Positions 50,617 to 61,200 of a stretch of 64,000 bases of DNA are shown in pieces. The notes under the pieces are model-generated. The model did not search any database. It worked only from the letters and a program-made list of their open reading frames with translations, and had not been told where the DNA came from. The DNA comes from Candidatus Marinacidobacterales bacterium (lineage in GTDB: Bacteria; Acidobacteriota; Vicinamibacteria; Marinacidobacterales; SMYC01), in NCBI GenBank assembly GCA_965247365.1, contig CBDFHB010000002.1, positions 2,002,567-2,066,566 of the forward strand. Direction: 5' to 3'. The translations under genes and the position numbers were made by a program. Numbering within the stretch: the first letter of the stretch is position 1; each line of letters starts with the position of its first letter.

Positions 50617-52017
50617 ATGCTCCGTAGAGACGCTTCGGCCCTGGGGTTGGTCCTGCTCGTCTACGGGCTCGTCTTGTCGTGCTCCTTCCTCGAGGCGGAT
50701 GAGGACCTGTGGGGCCGCATGGCGATGGGCCGTCTCATCGTCTCTGGGAGAGAGATTCCTCGCCAGGACGTCTTCGCTTACGTTCCGACGAAGCCCCTCT
50801 GGATCGATCACGAGTGGCTTGCGGGCCTCGTCTTCTTCGGGGTCTACGAACATCTGGGCGGCGGGGGTCTCGTCCTGCTTCGATCGCTTCTCGGTCTCGC
50901 TGCCTTGGGCTTCGCCTACGCGGCGGGACGCCTCGTGGGTGGGGCGCCTCTCGCGGTGGGGGGAGTCGCGCTCGCGGTGTCGCCACTCCTGCTCCAGGGG
51001 TTCAACACGGTCATTCGCGCCCAGGCCTTCTCCTTCGTGTTTTTCGCACTGTTTCTCGCCGTGCTCGAGAGCGGGAAAGGACGCTTGCTCGCGCTGCTCG
51101 TCGTTGCGAGCGCGCTCTGGGGGAATCTGCACGGCGGAGTCGTGACCGGAGTTCTCCTTCTGTCCGTTTACATGGTCCGCGATAGGAGGCTCGTCATCGT
51201 TCTACCACTCGGTCTGCTCGCGACCCTCGTAAATCCCTACGGGCTCGCCTATTGGAGCTATTTGGCGGAGGCTCTCACCATGCCCCGGCCCGAGATCGTC
51301 GAATGGCGTTCGGTGAATCTCTCGGGTCTCGAGGACCTTCACCTGAAGCTCGTGACGGGTCTCGTCGTCCTCGTCGCCGGTTTCGGGCGCTCGGTGGACC
51401 TTCGTCGACTCCTCGTCCTCGGGGGCACGCTGGCCGCGAGCCTGCTCCACGTTCGCTTCGCCCCCTTTCTCGCCATCGCCTGTATCGTCCTTATTCCTGG
51501 CCCCCTTCGCGCGGCTTTCGAGTGGGGTGCTCGGCACCTCCCGCAACGTTTCCTGCCCAGCCTCGTGCCGCTCACGGCCATGTTGTCGCTCCAGGCACTC
51601 TGTTTGCTCGGGTTTGCCGCCTCCTGGCAGAGGAGGGATCGCCCACTGACGATGGCGATTAGAGAGACTCGCTATCCCGTCCTTGCGGTCGAAGAGCTCG
51701 CTCGCCTGGGAGCGAGCGGCCGTTTGGCCGTGTTCTTCAATTGGGGCGAGTTTGCCCTCTATCACCTCTATCCTCGCCTCCGGGTCTCGATAGATGGACG
51801 CTACGAGACCGTCTATACGGATGATGTGGCGCGAGCGAATTGGGACTTTACCTTCGGGCGAGAGGGCGCCGCGCGGCTTCTCGACCTCTACGGCGCCGAC
51901 TTCGCCCTCTATCCCGGAGACAGCGGTGCTGCTCGCTGGCTGGCCCGCGAGCCATCCTGGGAGCTTGTTTCCGCGGACGACCTCGCGGCGCTCTACCAGC
52001 GACTCCCTACCCGTTGA
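50617..52017 (+). CDS. Large polytopic membrane protein with a C-terminal soluble domain (possible GT-C-type glycosyltransferase or polymerase)
   Basis: About 10 predicted TM helices, then a ~150-aa hydrophilic tail. No diagnostic motif recognised. Confidence 0.5.
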   Translation: MLRRDASALGLVLLVYGLVLSCSFLEADEDLWGRMAMGRLIVSGREIPRQDVFAYVPTKPLWIDHEWLAGLVFFGVYEHLGGGGLVLLRSLLGLAALGFAYAAGRLVGGAPLAVGGVALAVSPLLLQGFNTVIRAQAFSFVFFALFLAVLESGKGRLLALLVVASALWGNLHGGVVTGVLLLSVYMVRDRRLVIVLPLGLLATLVNPYGLAYWSYLAEALTMPRPEIVEWRSVNLSGLEDLHLKLVTGLVVLVAGFGRSVDLRRLLVLGGTLAASLLHVRFAPFLAIACIVLIPGPLRAAFEWGARHLPQRFLPSLVPLTAMLSLQALCLLGFAASWQRRDRPLTMAIRETRYPVLAVEELARLGASGRLAVFFNWGEFALYHLYPRLRVSIDGRYETVYTDDVARANWDFTFGREGAARLLDLYGADFALYPGDSGAARWLAREPSWELVSADDLAALYQRLPTR

Positions 52018-52084
52018 CAGGGCGGAAGTTGGTCCGCTACCATGCTTGAGTTCGCTCCTCGGCATCCAACTGAGAATGAAAACT

Positions 52085-52294
52085 CCGATACCGATCGGTC
52101 GGTTTCGCTCTAGGCTCGCGTCGGGCCTGTCCCCGCGCTCGGCCGAGGGCGAGCGTGGTCAAGCGCTTCTCGAGACCGTGATGTCCGTGGGTTTCCTCGT
52201 CGCTATCGCGATCGTCATCAACGAGATGCTGCCGCCGGTCGTTGTCGAGGCCTTCGAGAAAATTGCTCGAGCCCTTTCCTCGGTAGGTCCCTGA
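52085..52294 (+). CDS. Flp/TadE-like prepilin (70 aa)
   Basis: Leader then ERGQALLETVMSVGFLVAIAIVI; this is a G/xxxxE(T) processing-site-like motif plus a hydrophobic helix. Confidence 0.45.
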   Translation, partial: PIPIGRFRSRLASGLSPRSAEGERGQALLETVMSVGFLVAIAIVINEMLPPVVVEAFEKIARALSSVGP

Positions 52295-52299
52295 ACCTC

Positions 52300-52482
52300 A
52301 TGCGGTGGAAACCCTTAAGAGACGAGCGGGGCGTGACGACCATCGAGTACATGATGGTCGTTGGGTTCATGTCTTCCATTTCCATTTTCGCCGCGATCTG
52401 GCTCATCGGGGTTCTTCGCAACATGGTGGCCATTCTCGCGATAAAAATTTCCATTTACCTGACTGGGTTTCCAAGTTCCTAG
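52300..52482 (+). CDS. flp: Flp-family type IVb pilin
   Basis: MRWKPLRDERGVTTIEYMMVVGFMSSISIFAAI matches the Flp G/xTxIEY motif. Confidence 0.7.
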   Translation: MRWKPLRDERGVTTIEYMMVVGFMSSISIFAAIWLIGVLRNMVAILAIKISIYLTGFPSS

Positions 52483-52498
52483 CCTAGGAGGTCTTCTC

Positions 52499-52759
52499 AT
52501 GCTGGATCGGATTCTGCCGCGTTTTTCGTCCTGGACTCGTCTGAGCTTCATCCGCGCGGAATCGGGGTGGAGACGCGTCGAAGGCAAGCTCCGTGACGAG
52601 CGTGGTGCGATAACCATCGAGTACATCCTGATCATCGCCCTCATCGCCATCATCATTATTACGGTCTTCACGGTCCTCCTGTGGCCGTTCCTGAAGGATG
52701 CCGTTGCGAACCTGGTCGACAGAATCACCAACGCCATCAACGGCGGCAATATCAGCTAG
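52499..52759 (+). CDS. flp: Flp-family pilin paralog (long leader; start uncertain)
   Basis: ...LRDERGAITIEYILIIALIAIIIITVF. Confidence 0.6.
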   Translation: MLDRILPRFSSWTRLSFIRAESGWRRVEGKLRDERGAITIEYILIIALIAIIIITVFTVLLWPFLKDAVANLVDRITNAINGGNIS

Positions 52760-53190
52760 TGCCTAGACGGCCTCGGCGCAACGACCAAAGGGGCGTAAGC
52801 GCCCTGGAGCTGATGATGACGATGTCTTTCGTCTTCTTCCTGCTCTTTGCGATGGTGCACATTTCCTTGATTTGCAGCACGAAGCTTCTGACCAACTATG
52901 CCGCCTGGATCGCGGCCCGAGTGTGGGCGGTCAACGAGGACGACGGGGTCGGCAAAGCTCAGCAAGCCGGTGTGGCGATTCTCGAGATCATGCAATTCGG
53001 TCCCGTGAGCTCGAGCTTCATCGACGTTCAGGAAGGAAACGAGGGCGTCGAAGTGAACTACGAGACGACGCTCGGGGTTCCTTTTCTCTTGACGAACAAC
53101 CAGGCGGGGCACGTGACGACGAGAGGCTGGGGGGCCGTTCCCCGCGACCCGAGGGGCTTCGACGAGCAAGGAGACAATCGAGAGCGATGA
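52760..53190 (+). CDS. TadE-like pseudopilin
   Basis: GTG start immediately after the flp stop. QRGVSALELMMTMSFVFFLLFAMV is a TadE N-terminal motif. Confidence 0.55.
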
Positions 53191-54134
53191 ACGCTGGGAC
53201 GGAGACTCGATGGCCTGCGCGGTTTCGCGACGAGTCGGGACAGACGACGTTTTTCGTCCTCTGCAGCTTCTTCACATTCTTCATGTTCTTCGCTCTCGTG
53301 GCGAACGTGGGCCAGGCGGTGAACCGCCGCGTGCTGCTCCAGATGGTGGCGGATACAGGAGCCTTTTCCGGAGCTTCGGCCCAGGCCTCCGCCATGAACA
53401 CGATCTCGGAGTTCAATCAGATCATCGATACCTCTTGGGACGTAACCCAGGGGCTCATGCTGTACTTCACCTTCCAGTTCTGCGGCGTGGACGACGCGAT
53501 CACGGGCATCTATCGCGTGATCGAAACCGTCATGTCGGTCATGATTCGCGTAACGAACCACGGCGGCGCGGTCTGGGCGATCATGGAAGCGGAAATGGTC
53601 ACGCGCCAGAACATCAGCCATCTGTTTCGCGATGGGTCGGTGCACACGCCGCTGCAGTCGATTCCCTCGTTGCTCTCGAGCCCCGGCTCGGCGGCGATGG
53701 GTGGCTCCCACGTCGCCAATTTGCTCGAGGCTTGGCCGGCCCTCACGAGCCTCTCGCTCGTGCGACTGGAACAGGACTCGGTTACGAAGAACTGGATTTG
53801 CTATACGCCGCCGTACAGTCTGAGCTCCAAATCGGGCTCGTTCAACCTTCCATGGGAGAAATCCGACGACGATGAGGTGACCCGCTTTTATTGGTGGGTC
53901 ACGGCCGACCCGGTGGATGCGCTCGTCCTGGCGAAACGACCCTGGTTTCCCTTCGGTTTTCCTCAAGTGCCGGAAATGCACGCGGTCGCTCTTGCCAAAC
54001 CGGTAGGGGGTGAGATCGAACCGGACGGCCGAGGCGACGAGTACGTCGCGAAGATGATCCCGCTGTCCATCATCGACGCGACGTTTCTCAACCTTGGCGG
54101 CGACTTGCCGAGCCTGACGGAGGTCCTGCATTGA
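53187..54134 (+). CDS. TadG/Tad-like pilus-assembly protein
   Basis: ESGQTTFFVLCSFFTFFMFFALVANVGQAVNRRVLLQMVAD resembles the Tad N-terminal motif (pfam13400-like). ATG overlaps the upstream stop. Confidence 0.55.
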   Translation: MNAGTETRWPARFRDESGQTTFFVLCSFFTFFMFFALVANVGQAVNRRVLLQMVADTGAFSGASAQASAMNTISEFNQIIDTSWDVTQGLMLYFTFQFCGVDDAITGIYRVIETVMSVMIRVTNHGGAVWAIMEAEMVTRQNISHLFRDGSVHTPLQSIPSLLSSPGSAAMGGSHVANLLEAWPALTSLSLVRLEQDSVTKNWICYTPPYSLSSKSGSFNLPWEKSDDDEVTRFYWWVTADPVDALVLAKRPWFPFGFPQVPEMHAVALAKPVGGEIEPDGRGDEYVAKMIPLSIIDATFLNLGGDLPSLTEVLH

Positions 54135-54910
54135 GATTCCCGAAGGGCGAAGGCGGACAGGCGTTCATCGAGACGCTCCTGATGATTTGGCTTCTCACGC
54201 TCTTGCTCTCGGCCATCATTCAAGTTTTTCTCATCCACAATTACACATTCCAAATGGCGAACAACGCCTACTACAGCCTGTTCAAGGACAAGGCCTACGG
54301 GGAGTACAACACGCCCAGCAAGGCGTTCTCGGGCTTTCCCAACTGGACGCCGACGAGGAAGCCTCTCCGCACGGTCAAGGCCTTGCAGCAGGCGGGGGGA
54401 AAGGTTCACGTGATCGCGGGCCACGACGTCAATTGGAGTGAAGACGATCGGGCGGCGGTCCCGATGATGCCGTTCTACGAAGAGCCCATCAAGGAGCAGC
54501 TCCAGAACTTCGGTGTCACTCGCGCTCCCGTGCGACTCAAGATTGGCAACCCCTCAGACGGCCAGAACTATCTAGAAATGAAGTTTCTCCACATGTCGAT
54601 GGGGACGGAAGGCGGGTTTGCGGCCTTCTTCGAGATGATCGGATCGATCATTTCAATCTCGGGAGAGCTCGGCGAGAACTATACCGACTTCACTGGCGGC
54701 TATTCGGACGGCGACCTGGACGACATGTTCGGCGACTACGAGGGTGCCGACGACGATCTCGATAATCAGGATGGAGACAGCGGACAGAAGGCCAAGAATC
54801 AGTGGGACAACGAGCACGGTGACTTCAATCACGACGGCTACGGCGACGCCTGCGAGGCCCTCCAAGGCAATAACGATCCTGGCTGTCGTACCAATCGACC
54901 CTGGGAATAA
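54131..54910 (+). CDS. TadE-like pseudopilin with an acidic Asp/Gly-rich C-terminal tail
   Basis: GQAFIETLLMIWLLTLLLSAIIQV N-terminus. C-terminal DGDLDDMFGDYEGADDDLDNQDGDSG. Confidence 0.5.
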   Translation: MRFPKGEGGQAFIETLLMIWLLTLLLSAIIQVFLIHNYTFQMANNAYYSLFKDKAYGEYNTPSKAFSGFPNWTPTRKPLRTVKALQQAGGKVHVIAGHDVNWSEDDRAAVPMMPFYEEPIKEQLQNFGVTRAPVRLKIGNPSDGQNYLEMKFLHMSMGTEGGFAAFFEMIGSIISISGELGENYTDFTGGYSDGDLDDMFGDYEGADDDLDNQDGDSGQKAKNQWDNEHGDFNHDGYGDACEALQGNNDPGCRTNRPWE

Positions 54911-54919
54911 GGAGCGTTC

Positions 54920-55741
54920 ATGAAGGGCAAGCCTGCCATCATCATCTCGATATTGTTCGGCATTCTGGCTTGGGTGTTCGTCTGGCTCTATTTGACGACT
55001 CGCGAGGCGGAGCTGCTTCAGATTGCCGACTCGCGACCGGTCGTCGTGGCGGCGACGGACATTCTTCCGGGAACGGCCATCGAAGAGAACATGATTGCGG
55101 AGACGCAAGTGCCCCTGAAATTCCTTCAGCCGAGCGCCTTTGGTTCGATTCGGGATGCCGTGGGGCAGGTTCCCGCCGTGCCCATTCAGGAAGGCAGCCA
55201 GCTTGTGGGGACGTCGATGACGGGCGTCGGCCGCTCTCTCTCAACCAAAATTCCGAGAGGCCAGCGCGCGGTCTCGATCGCGATAACCGACGTCACCGGT
55301 GTGGCGAGCTTGATCCGCCCGAGCAACTACGTCGATATCCTGGCAACTTTGAAGCTCGGAAGCGGTCTCGGTTCCTCCGACCAGCGAACGATAGTCGCGA
55401 CGCTGTTTCAAAACGTGCTCGTGCTCGCGGTCGGCAGCGATACGGGCGAGATCGCGCAGCGGGCCGAGGCCGATGGCGACACCCTCGCGGCGCTTTCGGG
55501 GCAGAACCGGGATCAGCGTTTCAGCACCGTGACGGTCGCACTTACGCCGAAACAGGTCCAGGACCTCGTCCTGGCGCAGGAAGTGGGCGACCTTTCCTTT
55601 TCGCTCCGCTCCTTCCGCGAGGGGGAGGCACCGCTCGACATACCTCGCTCGAATCCGAGCGGCTCATTCGGGATCGCCGACACCGAGCTCGTCCCGCGCC
55701 GGGCTCCCTCGTGGCAAGAGATTCGCGGGAACGTTCGTTGA
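54920..55741 (+). CDS. cpaB: Flp pilus assembly protein CpaB/RcpC (SAF domain)
   Basis: N-terminal TM helix, then a SAF-like region (VVVAATDILPGTAIEENMI). Confidence 0.7.
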   Translation: MKGKPAIIISILFGILAWVFVWLYLTTREAELLQIADSRPVVVAATDILPGTAIEENMIAETQVPLKFLQPSAFGSIRDAVGQVPAVPIQEGSQLVGTSMTGVGRSLSTKIPRGQRAVSIAITDVTGVASLIRPSNYVDILATLKLGSGLGSSDQRTIVATLFQNVLVLAVGSDTGEIAQRAEADGDTLAALSGQNRDQRFSTVTVALTPKQVQDLVLAQEVGDLSFSLRSFREGEAPLDIPRSNPSGSFGIADTELVPRRAPSWQEIRGNVR

Positions 55742-55761
55742 ACAATTCAAGGAGAGCGACG

Positions 55762-57051
55762 ATGACAAGGACGATGTTCCGAAGCAGTCTTCCCGCCTTG
55801 GGCCTCGGTCTGCTATGGGCCTCGCTGGGCCTCGCACAGCAACCCCAACCTGCGGCGGAAGTGGTGACGGTAGGCGGGCAGACGTTGATTCGTGTGGACT
55901 TCTCGATTGGGCGCACGGCTCTCGGCAACGACAACGTGGCGGACTTTCGCGTACTCGACAGCCGTCGGGAAGTGCTCGTTCTCGGCCGCACCCCGGGAGA
56001 GACGACACTGACACTCTGGGATCAAGACGGTAACCTGCGGCGTGAGATCACCCTCCGCGTGCGTCCCTCCTCCGGTACGGCCAAGCAGATCATCGACGAG
56101 CTCGAGCAGCTCATCGGCGGCATCGAGGGTATCGAGTATCGGGAGGTGGGTGGCACCGTCTGGCTGGAAGGTGAGGTGCTCACCGAGCGGGACATGGCTC
56201 GCATCGAGCGCGTGCTCGAAAGCTACCCCGAGGTCCGGAGCCTGGTGGAGCTCTCGCCCATGACTCAGGTGATGATGGACCGGGCCGAGGCCGACTCCAT
56301 CAAGACCGTCCAATTGGACGTTACGATCATGGAAGTCGACAAGAGCTTGATGAGGAATCTGGGCGTTCGCTGGTCGAGCTCCATCTCGCTGAGCTCCAGT
56401 CTGCCGTTCGAGGGGGGCAGCGGTGGCAGCTTCGGCCCGATAACCGGCGTCATCGACAATCTCCTTCCGAGCATCGACATGCTGACGAGCTCCGGCCAGG
56501 CGCGGGTGCTCGCTCGACCGACCCTCATCACCAGGAGCGGACAGAAGGCGGAGCTTTTCGTGGGAGGCGAGATCCCCATTCCCGTCGCCCAGGGCAGCGG
56601 GGCGGTGAGCGTCGAGTACAAGGAGTACGGAGTCAAGCTCGAGTTCGAGCCGCACGTGGACACACAAGACAATATCGATACGACGATCTTCGTCGAAATG
56701 AGCAATCTGGGAGGCCCCTCTCCCGGTGGCAACGCGCCCGGGCTCATCACCAATCGGGTGATGACCAACGTCTTTGTCAAGCAGGGGCAGAGCATCACCC
56801 TCGGCGGACTCGTGAAGTCAGAGGACGCAGAGAACGTCGACAAGGTCCCGGGACTCGGCAGTATTCCCGTACTCGGGAACCTCTTCAAGTCGAAGGGCTA
56901 CATGCGGAACCAGACCGAGATGGTCATTTTCGCGACGCCGACCATCGTCTCCGCCGACGAAGCGGGGCGGGAATTGCGCGAGTACGTCACCGCCGAGTTC
57001 GAGGAATTCGAGGAGATCGACACCCACAAGGTGAAGAAAAAAAAGCCGTGA
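55762..57051 (+). CDS. cpaC: Flp pilus secretin CpaC/RcpA
   Basis: RBS AAGGAGAG. Signal peptide. Secretin core ...ARPTLITRSGQKAELFVGGEIPIP...VPGLGSIPVLGNLFKS. Confidence 0.8.
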   Translation: MTRTMFRSSLPALGLGLLWASLGLAQQPQPAAEVVTVGGQTLIRVDFSIGRTALGNDNVADFRVLDSRREVLVLGRTPGETTLTLWDQDGNLRREITLRVRPSSGTAKQIIDELEQLIGGIEGIEYREVGGTVWLEGEVLTERDMARIERVLESYPEVRSLVELSPMTQVMMDRAEADSIKTVQLDVTIMEVDKSLMRNLGVRWSSSISLSSSLPFEGGSGGSFGPITGVIDNLLPSIDMLTSSGQARVLARPTLITRSGQKAELFVGGEIPIPVAQGSGAVSVEYKEYGVKLEFEPHVDTQDNIDTTIFVEMSNLGGPSPGGNAPGLITNRVMTNVFVKQGQSITLGGLVKSEDAENVDKVPGLGSIPVLGNLFKSKGYMRNQTEMVIFATPTIVSADEAGRELREYVTAEFEEFEEIDTHKVKKKKP

Positions 57052-57064
57052 GGTATCGGGGCTG

Positions 57065-59197
57065 ATGGCAGGCAAGGCGATTAGCGTCTTCTCCGTCAAA
57101 GGGGGAGGGGGCGCGAGCCTGCTCGCCGCGAACCTCGCGGTATCGCTCAAACGGGAGACCCGAGGGACGGTCGCTCTCGTCGACTTGGCTCACCCGGTTC
57201 CGGGAACGGTCGCGCTCTATTTGGGCCTTTCCGATCCGAAGGCAGTGGCGGATGTCGTGTCGCTTTTGGATCGACTTCAGCCGGCGCTTCTGAAGGGCTA
57301 TCTCACGACCCACTCGTCGGGGGTCACCGTCGTGCCGGCGGCCAACGACGCGCTCCAGGAAAAGGTGCTCTCTCGCGACAAGCTAGAGCGTTTCGTCGAG
57401 CTGCTTCTGCGCGCCTACGACTACGTGGTCGTCGATCTCGGGTCCATCGTTTCCGCCGATTCGATACCGATCCTGGATCTGAGCGCTGCCGTTTGCGTCG
57501 TGGTGACGCCGGAGGTGGCCTCGGTGACCCAGGCGCGGCGCGCGATCGAGTATCTCCAGTCCTACCACTTCTCCCGCGACATGATGCGCCTCGTGCTCAA
57601 TCGTTACGGGACGCGCATGGCCTTTCCGCCGGAGACCATCGAGGAGAGCACCGGTCTTGCGATCGCCCTCTACTTGCCGGAGGACGTCGACTTGGTGGAG
57701 CAGTCCATCTCGGATGCCGAGCCCTTCGTTTCGAGCTCGCCCCGGCATCCGGTGAGCAAAGCCCTCGATGGCTTCACGCAGCAGCTCGTCGCGGACTTCG
57801 GTCAGGGTGGCCTCGATTTCATGGGCAGCGCACGGCGGGCCCGAGGCGAGGCCGGTCGTCGATCCGGCCTTCCTACCGAGCCCGAGGTTCTGGCTCCTCC
57901 GGACGAGCGGGACGAGATCCGGGATATCAAGATTCGCATTCACCGTCGCTTGATCGACGAGATCGATTTCAAGAAAGCCGACCTCGAGCTGGCCAAGGAT
58001 CCGAAGAAGAAGTCGAAGCTTCGTGGCAAGACCGAAGTCAAGATCGTCAGCCTGCTGGACGAGGAGGCAAAGGGACTCTCGGACCGTACGGTCAGGAAGC
58101 AGCTGGTAAAGGAGATTCTCGACGAGGCGCTCGGCCTCGGCCCACTGGAGGAGCTCCTGCGCGATCCGGACGTCAGCGAGATCATGGTCAACGGAATCGA
58201 TCAGGTCTACATGGAGCGCGGCGGGAAGATCGTCCTCACCGACCACAGGTTTCTGACCGAGGATCAGCTTCGAGCCATCATCGAGCGCATCGTGGCGCCA
58301 CTGGGGCGTCGCATCGACGAGAAGTCACCGATGGTGGACGCGCGCCTCGAGGACGGCTCGCGCGTCAATGCCATCATCCGTCCGCTCGCCATCGACGGTC
58401 CCAGCGTGACGATACGCAAGTTCTCCAAGACGCCGCTAACCGTCGCGGACCTGATTCGCTTTGGCGCCTTTACGCCTCAGATGGCTCAGTTTTTCGAGGC
58501 TTCTGTTCTCGCGCGCCAGAACGTCGTGATCTCCGGGGGCACCGGCTCGGGAAAGACGACGTTTCTGAACGTATTGTCTTCATTCATCCCCGCCGACGAG
58601 CGGATCGTGACGATCGAGGACTCCGCTGAGCTTCAGCTTCCACAAGAGCACGTCGTGCGCCTCGAGTCGCGCCCTCCCAATATCGAGGGTGAGGGGGCGG
58701 TGACGATCCGCGATCTCGTGCGAAACTCCCTCCGGATGCGGCCCGATCGCATCGTCGTGGGCGAGTGTCGCGCCGGAGAAGCGCTCGACATGCTTCAGGC
58801 GATGAACACGGGCCACGACGGGTCTCTGACGACCGTGCACGCGAATACGCCGCGGGACGCCCTGTCTCGTCTGGAGACGATGAGCTTGATGGCAGGGCTC
58901 GACTTGCCATCGCGCGCGATTCGCGAGCAGATAGGCTCGGCGGTCGACCTCGTGTTTCAGCAAACTCGGCTCTCCGACGGAAGCCGGCGCGTCACTCACG
59001 TGTCGGAGGTGACAGGACGGGAAGGGGACGTCTTCACGATGGCCGACATTTTCCTCTTCAAGCAGACGGGTTTGACGCCGGAGAACAAGGTGCTCGGGCA
59101 GTTCGTACCGACGGGGATGATTCCGAAGTTCATCGAAACTCTACAGCGTCGCGGTATCAAGGTGCCGCGTGAGATCTTCCTTCACCAGACGGCGTGA
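57065..59197 (+). CDS. cpaE-cpaF: Single 710-aa ORF combining TadZ/CpaE-like (ParA/MinD-type, aa 1-~260) and TadA/CpaF secretion ATPase (aa ~285-710)
   Basis: N-terminus [18 protein letters not shown] (deviant Walker A), ...DYVVVDLG. C-terminus [19 protein letters not shown]...[14 protein letters not shown] (Walker A)...[33 protein letters not shown]. About 30-aa R/G-rich junction. Confidence 0.7.
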   Translation: MAGKAISVFSVKGGGGASLLAANLAVSLKRETRGTVALVDLAHPVPGTVALYLGLSDPKAVADVVSLLDRLQPALLKGYLTTHSSGVTVVPAANDALQEKVLSRDKLERFVELLLRAYDYVVVDLGSIVSADSIPILDLSAAVCVVVTPEVASVTQARRAIEYLQSYHFSRDMMRLVLNRYGTRMAFPPETIEESTGLAIALYLPEDVDLVEQSISDAEPFVSSSPRHPVSKALDGFTQQLVADFGQGGLDFMGSARRARGEAGRRSGLPTEPEVLAPPDERDEIRDIKIRIHRRLIDEIDFKKADLELAKDPKKKSKLRGKTEVKIVSLLDEEAKGLSDRTVRKQLVKEILDEALGLGPLEELLRDPDVSEIMVNGIDQVYMERGGKIVLTDHRFLTEDQLRAIIERIVAPLGRRIDEKSPMVDARLEDGSRVNAIIRPLAIDGPSVTIRKFSKTPLTVADLIRFGAFTPQMAQFFEASVLARQNVVISGGTGSGKTTFLNVLSSFIPADERIVTIEDSAELQLPQEHVVRLESRPPNIEGEGAVTIRDLVRNSLRMRPDRIVVGECRAGEALDMLQAMNTGHDGSLTTVHANTPRDALSRLETMSLMAGLDLPSRAIREQIGSAVDLVFQQTRLSDGSRRVTHVSEVTGREGDVFTMADIFLFKQTGLTPENKVLGQFVPTGMIPKFIETLQRRGIKVPREIFLHQTA

Positions 59198-59203
59198 GGT
59201 AGC

Positions 59204-60062
59204 GATGTCGGCGATTCTGAAACTCGTCGTTCCCATCATGGTGGCGGCCGCCGCGGCCTTCATCACCTGGAGCATTCTGCAACCGCTCTCGGAGTGGTGG
59301 GACCGCTACTTGACGAAGTGGAGCCGTTGGATGCAGCTCGAGCTCGAGGCGATGCATCGGGAAGTGCCGCGCCACCGTTGTCGTCAGATCCTCGCCTATA
59401 CCGTTCTCTTTATGGCGGTGCTCGGGTTTCTCGTCAATTACAGCCCGTTCTTGGCGCTCGTTTTCGCCGGGCTAGGGCTCCTCGTCCCGCGGTGGGGCAT
59501 CGGATTTCTGAGGAGCCGCCGGCTCGCGAGGCTCAACGCTCAGCTCGGAGAAGCGCTCACCCTAGTCTCTAACTCTCTGCGCTCCGGGCTTAGCCTCCAA
59601 CAGGGCGTCGAGCTGGTCGTGGAAGAAATGGAAGCACCGATCTCGGAGGAGTTCGCGACGGTCGTGAAGGAGACGAAGCTCGGATTGCCGCTCGACGACG
59701 CGCTCCAGAACCTCGCCGATCGTGTTCCGACGCCGGATCTGGATATGGTGGTGACCGCCATCATCACGATTCGGGAGACGGGCGCGAATCTCGCCGAGGT
59801 TTTCGACGTCATCGCCCATACGGTGCGCGAGAGGAAGAAAGTCGAAGGCAAGGTCCAGGCGATGACTGCCGAGGGGATGACGCAGGGTGTGATGATGTGC
59901 GGCGTTCCGCCGGTGTTGATCGTTACGTTCTTCTTCCTAGACCCGACGCTCGTCGAGCCCCTGTTCAACTCCATTCTCGGAATCCTGATGCTGATGATCA
60001 TCGCGGGGATGGACGCGATGGGTATGTGGATGATCCTCAAAGTGGTGAAAATCGATGTCTGA
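59204..60062 (+). CDS. tadB: TadB (T2SS-F family inner-membrane platform protein)
   Basis: T2SSF-domain pattern (LSNSLRSGLSLQQGVELVVEE...) with three to four TM helices. Confidence 0.7.
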
Positions 60063-60285
60063 GGCGGGCACCGAGCGGGTCCGGGAGGCGGGCGCCGTTC
60101 TCGTCGAGTACGTCATGCTGCTCGGCTTCGTCACCGCACTGGTCCTTTTTCTCATGAAGCTCCTCTATCCGAATGCGAATACGAACTTCGAGACCCTCAT
60201 CAACCAGTGGGGCGACAAGATCGCGACCGAGATCGCGGGAGACAAGATCTCGGAAGACAACGAGGACGCCTGGGGCATGGACTGA
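60055..60285 (+). CDS. Flp-like small pilin-type protein sitting between tadB and tadC
   Basis: EAGAVLVEYVMLLGFVTALVLFLM, a G/AxxxEY-like motif plus a hydrophobic helix. 76 aa. Confidence 0.45.
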   Translation: MSEAGTERVREAGAVLVEYVMLLGFVTALVLFLMKLLYPNANTNFETLINQWGDKIATEIAGDKISEDNEDAWGMD

Positions 60286-60293
60286 ACGACGTC

Positions 60294-61187
60294 ATGCAAC
60301 TATCGACTCTACTTTTGTTTCTGGCATACGGGACGATTTTCCTCTCGGCGACCATGATGGTCTACCTCTTGTTGCCGGACTTTCGCGCCCGCGCCGCGAT
60401 GGCGCGCCTCGGAGCGGCCGAGGGGAAGGACCCGCTCGAATCGCCTCTTCTCCAGATCATGCACCCGTTGCTCCGGGCGATAGCGCCTTTCGTGTCTCAC
60501 TACGAGCTCTCGAGCTATCGGGCGTCGAAGGAGAAGCAGATCTCGGCCGCGGGGATGCGGGATGGGCTTTCGACGGACGAGTTTCTCGCCTGGAAGATCG
60601 CCTTCGCCGTCATCGGGCCGCTCGTGATGTCGGTGATCTTCCAGTTCGCCCGTCACCCGATCATGATCGCCCTCCTGGCCATCGTTTTCTCCTTTCTTCC
60701 GGACTTCCTTCTGCGGGACATGGTGACCAAACGTCAGCGAGCGATTGTGAGGGCGCTTCCGTTCTCCGTGGATCTTCTGACGCTCGTCGTCGAAGCGGGG
60801 CTCGATTTTTCGCAGGGACTGCAACGGGTTGTCGAGCGCGGCCCCCAGGGACCGCTCAGCGACGAGCTCTCGTTGATGATGAGGGAGATTCGGTTGGGAA
60901 CGACACGCTCGGCGGCTTTGCGAAGTCTCGCGGATCGATGCGGTGTCCCCGAAGTCTCCAGTTTCACCGCGGTTCTGATCCAGGCGGACCGTCTCGGCGC
61001 ATCGATCGGCTCCGTACTCCGATCTCAGGCAGATGTCATGCGCACCGAGAGATTCCAACGCGCGGAAAAGGCGGGCGCTCGCGCCTCGAGTCTCATGTTG
61101 ATGCCCCTGGTCATCTTCATTCTGCCAGCGGCGCTACTCGTCATCGTAGGTCCGGTGCTGCTCCGCTTCATCTACGGAATCGGCTAG
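60294..61187 (+). CDS. tadC: TadC (T2SS-F family)
   Basis: T2SSF domain (VDLLTLVVEAGLDFSQGLQRV...) with TM helices. Confidence 0.7.
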   Translation: MQLSTLLLFLAYGTIFLSATMMVYLLLPDFRARAAMARLGAAEGKDPLESPLLQIMHPLLRAIAPFVSHYELSSYRASKEKQISAAGMRDGLSTDEFLAWKIAFAVIGPLVMSVIFQFARHPIMIALLAIVFSFLPDFLLRDMVTKRQRAIVRALPFSVDLLTLVVEAGLDFSQGLQRVVERGPQGPLSDELSLMMREIRLGTTRSAALRSLADRCGVPEVSSFTAVLIQADRLGASIGSVLRSQADVMRTERFQRAEKAGARASSLMLMPLVIFILPAALLVIVGPVLLRFIYGIG

Positions 61188-61200
61188 CAAAGAAAAACCC

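Noticed and set aside
49870-51132. 420-aa ORF on the minus strand overlapping the methyltransferase gene and the membrane protein gene
   Set aside because: R/P/G-rich low-complexity translation, antisense to two well-supported genes. Typical high-GC shadow ORF.
54970-55761. Upstream 264-codon extension of the cpaC ORF (the listed ORF 54970..57051 is 693 aa)
   Set aside because: The extension is antisense-like, R/G-rich and overlaps cpaB. A good RBS (AAGGAGAG) and signal peptide occur at the internal ATG 55762, so the secretin starts there.
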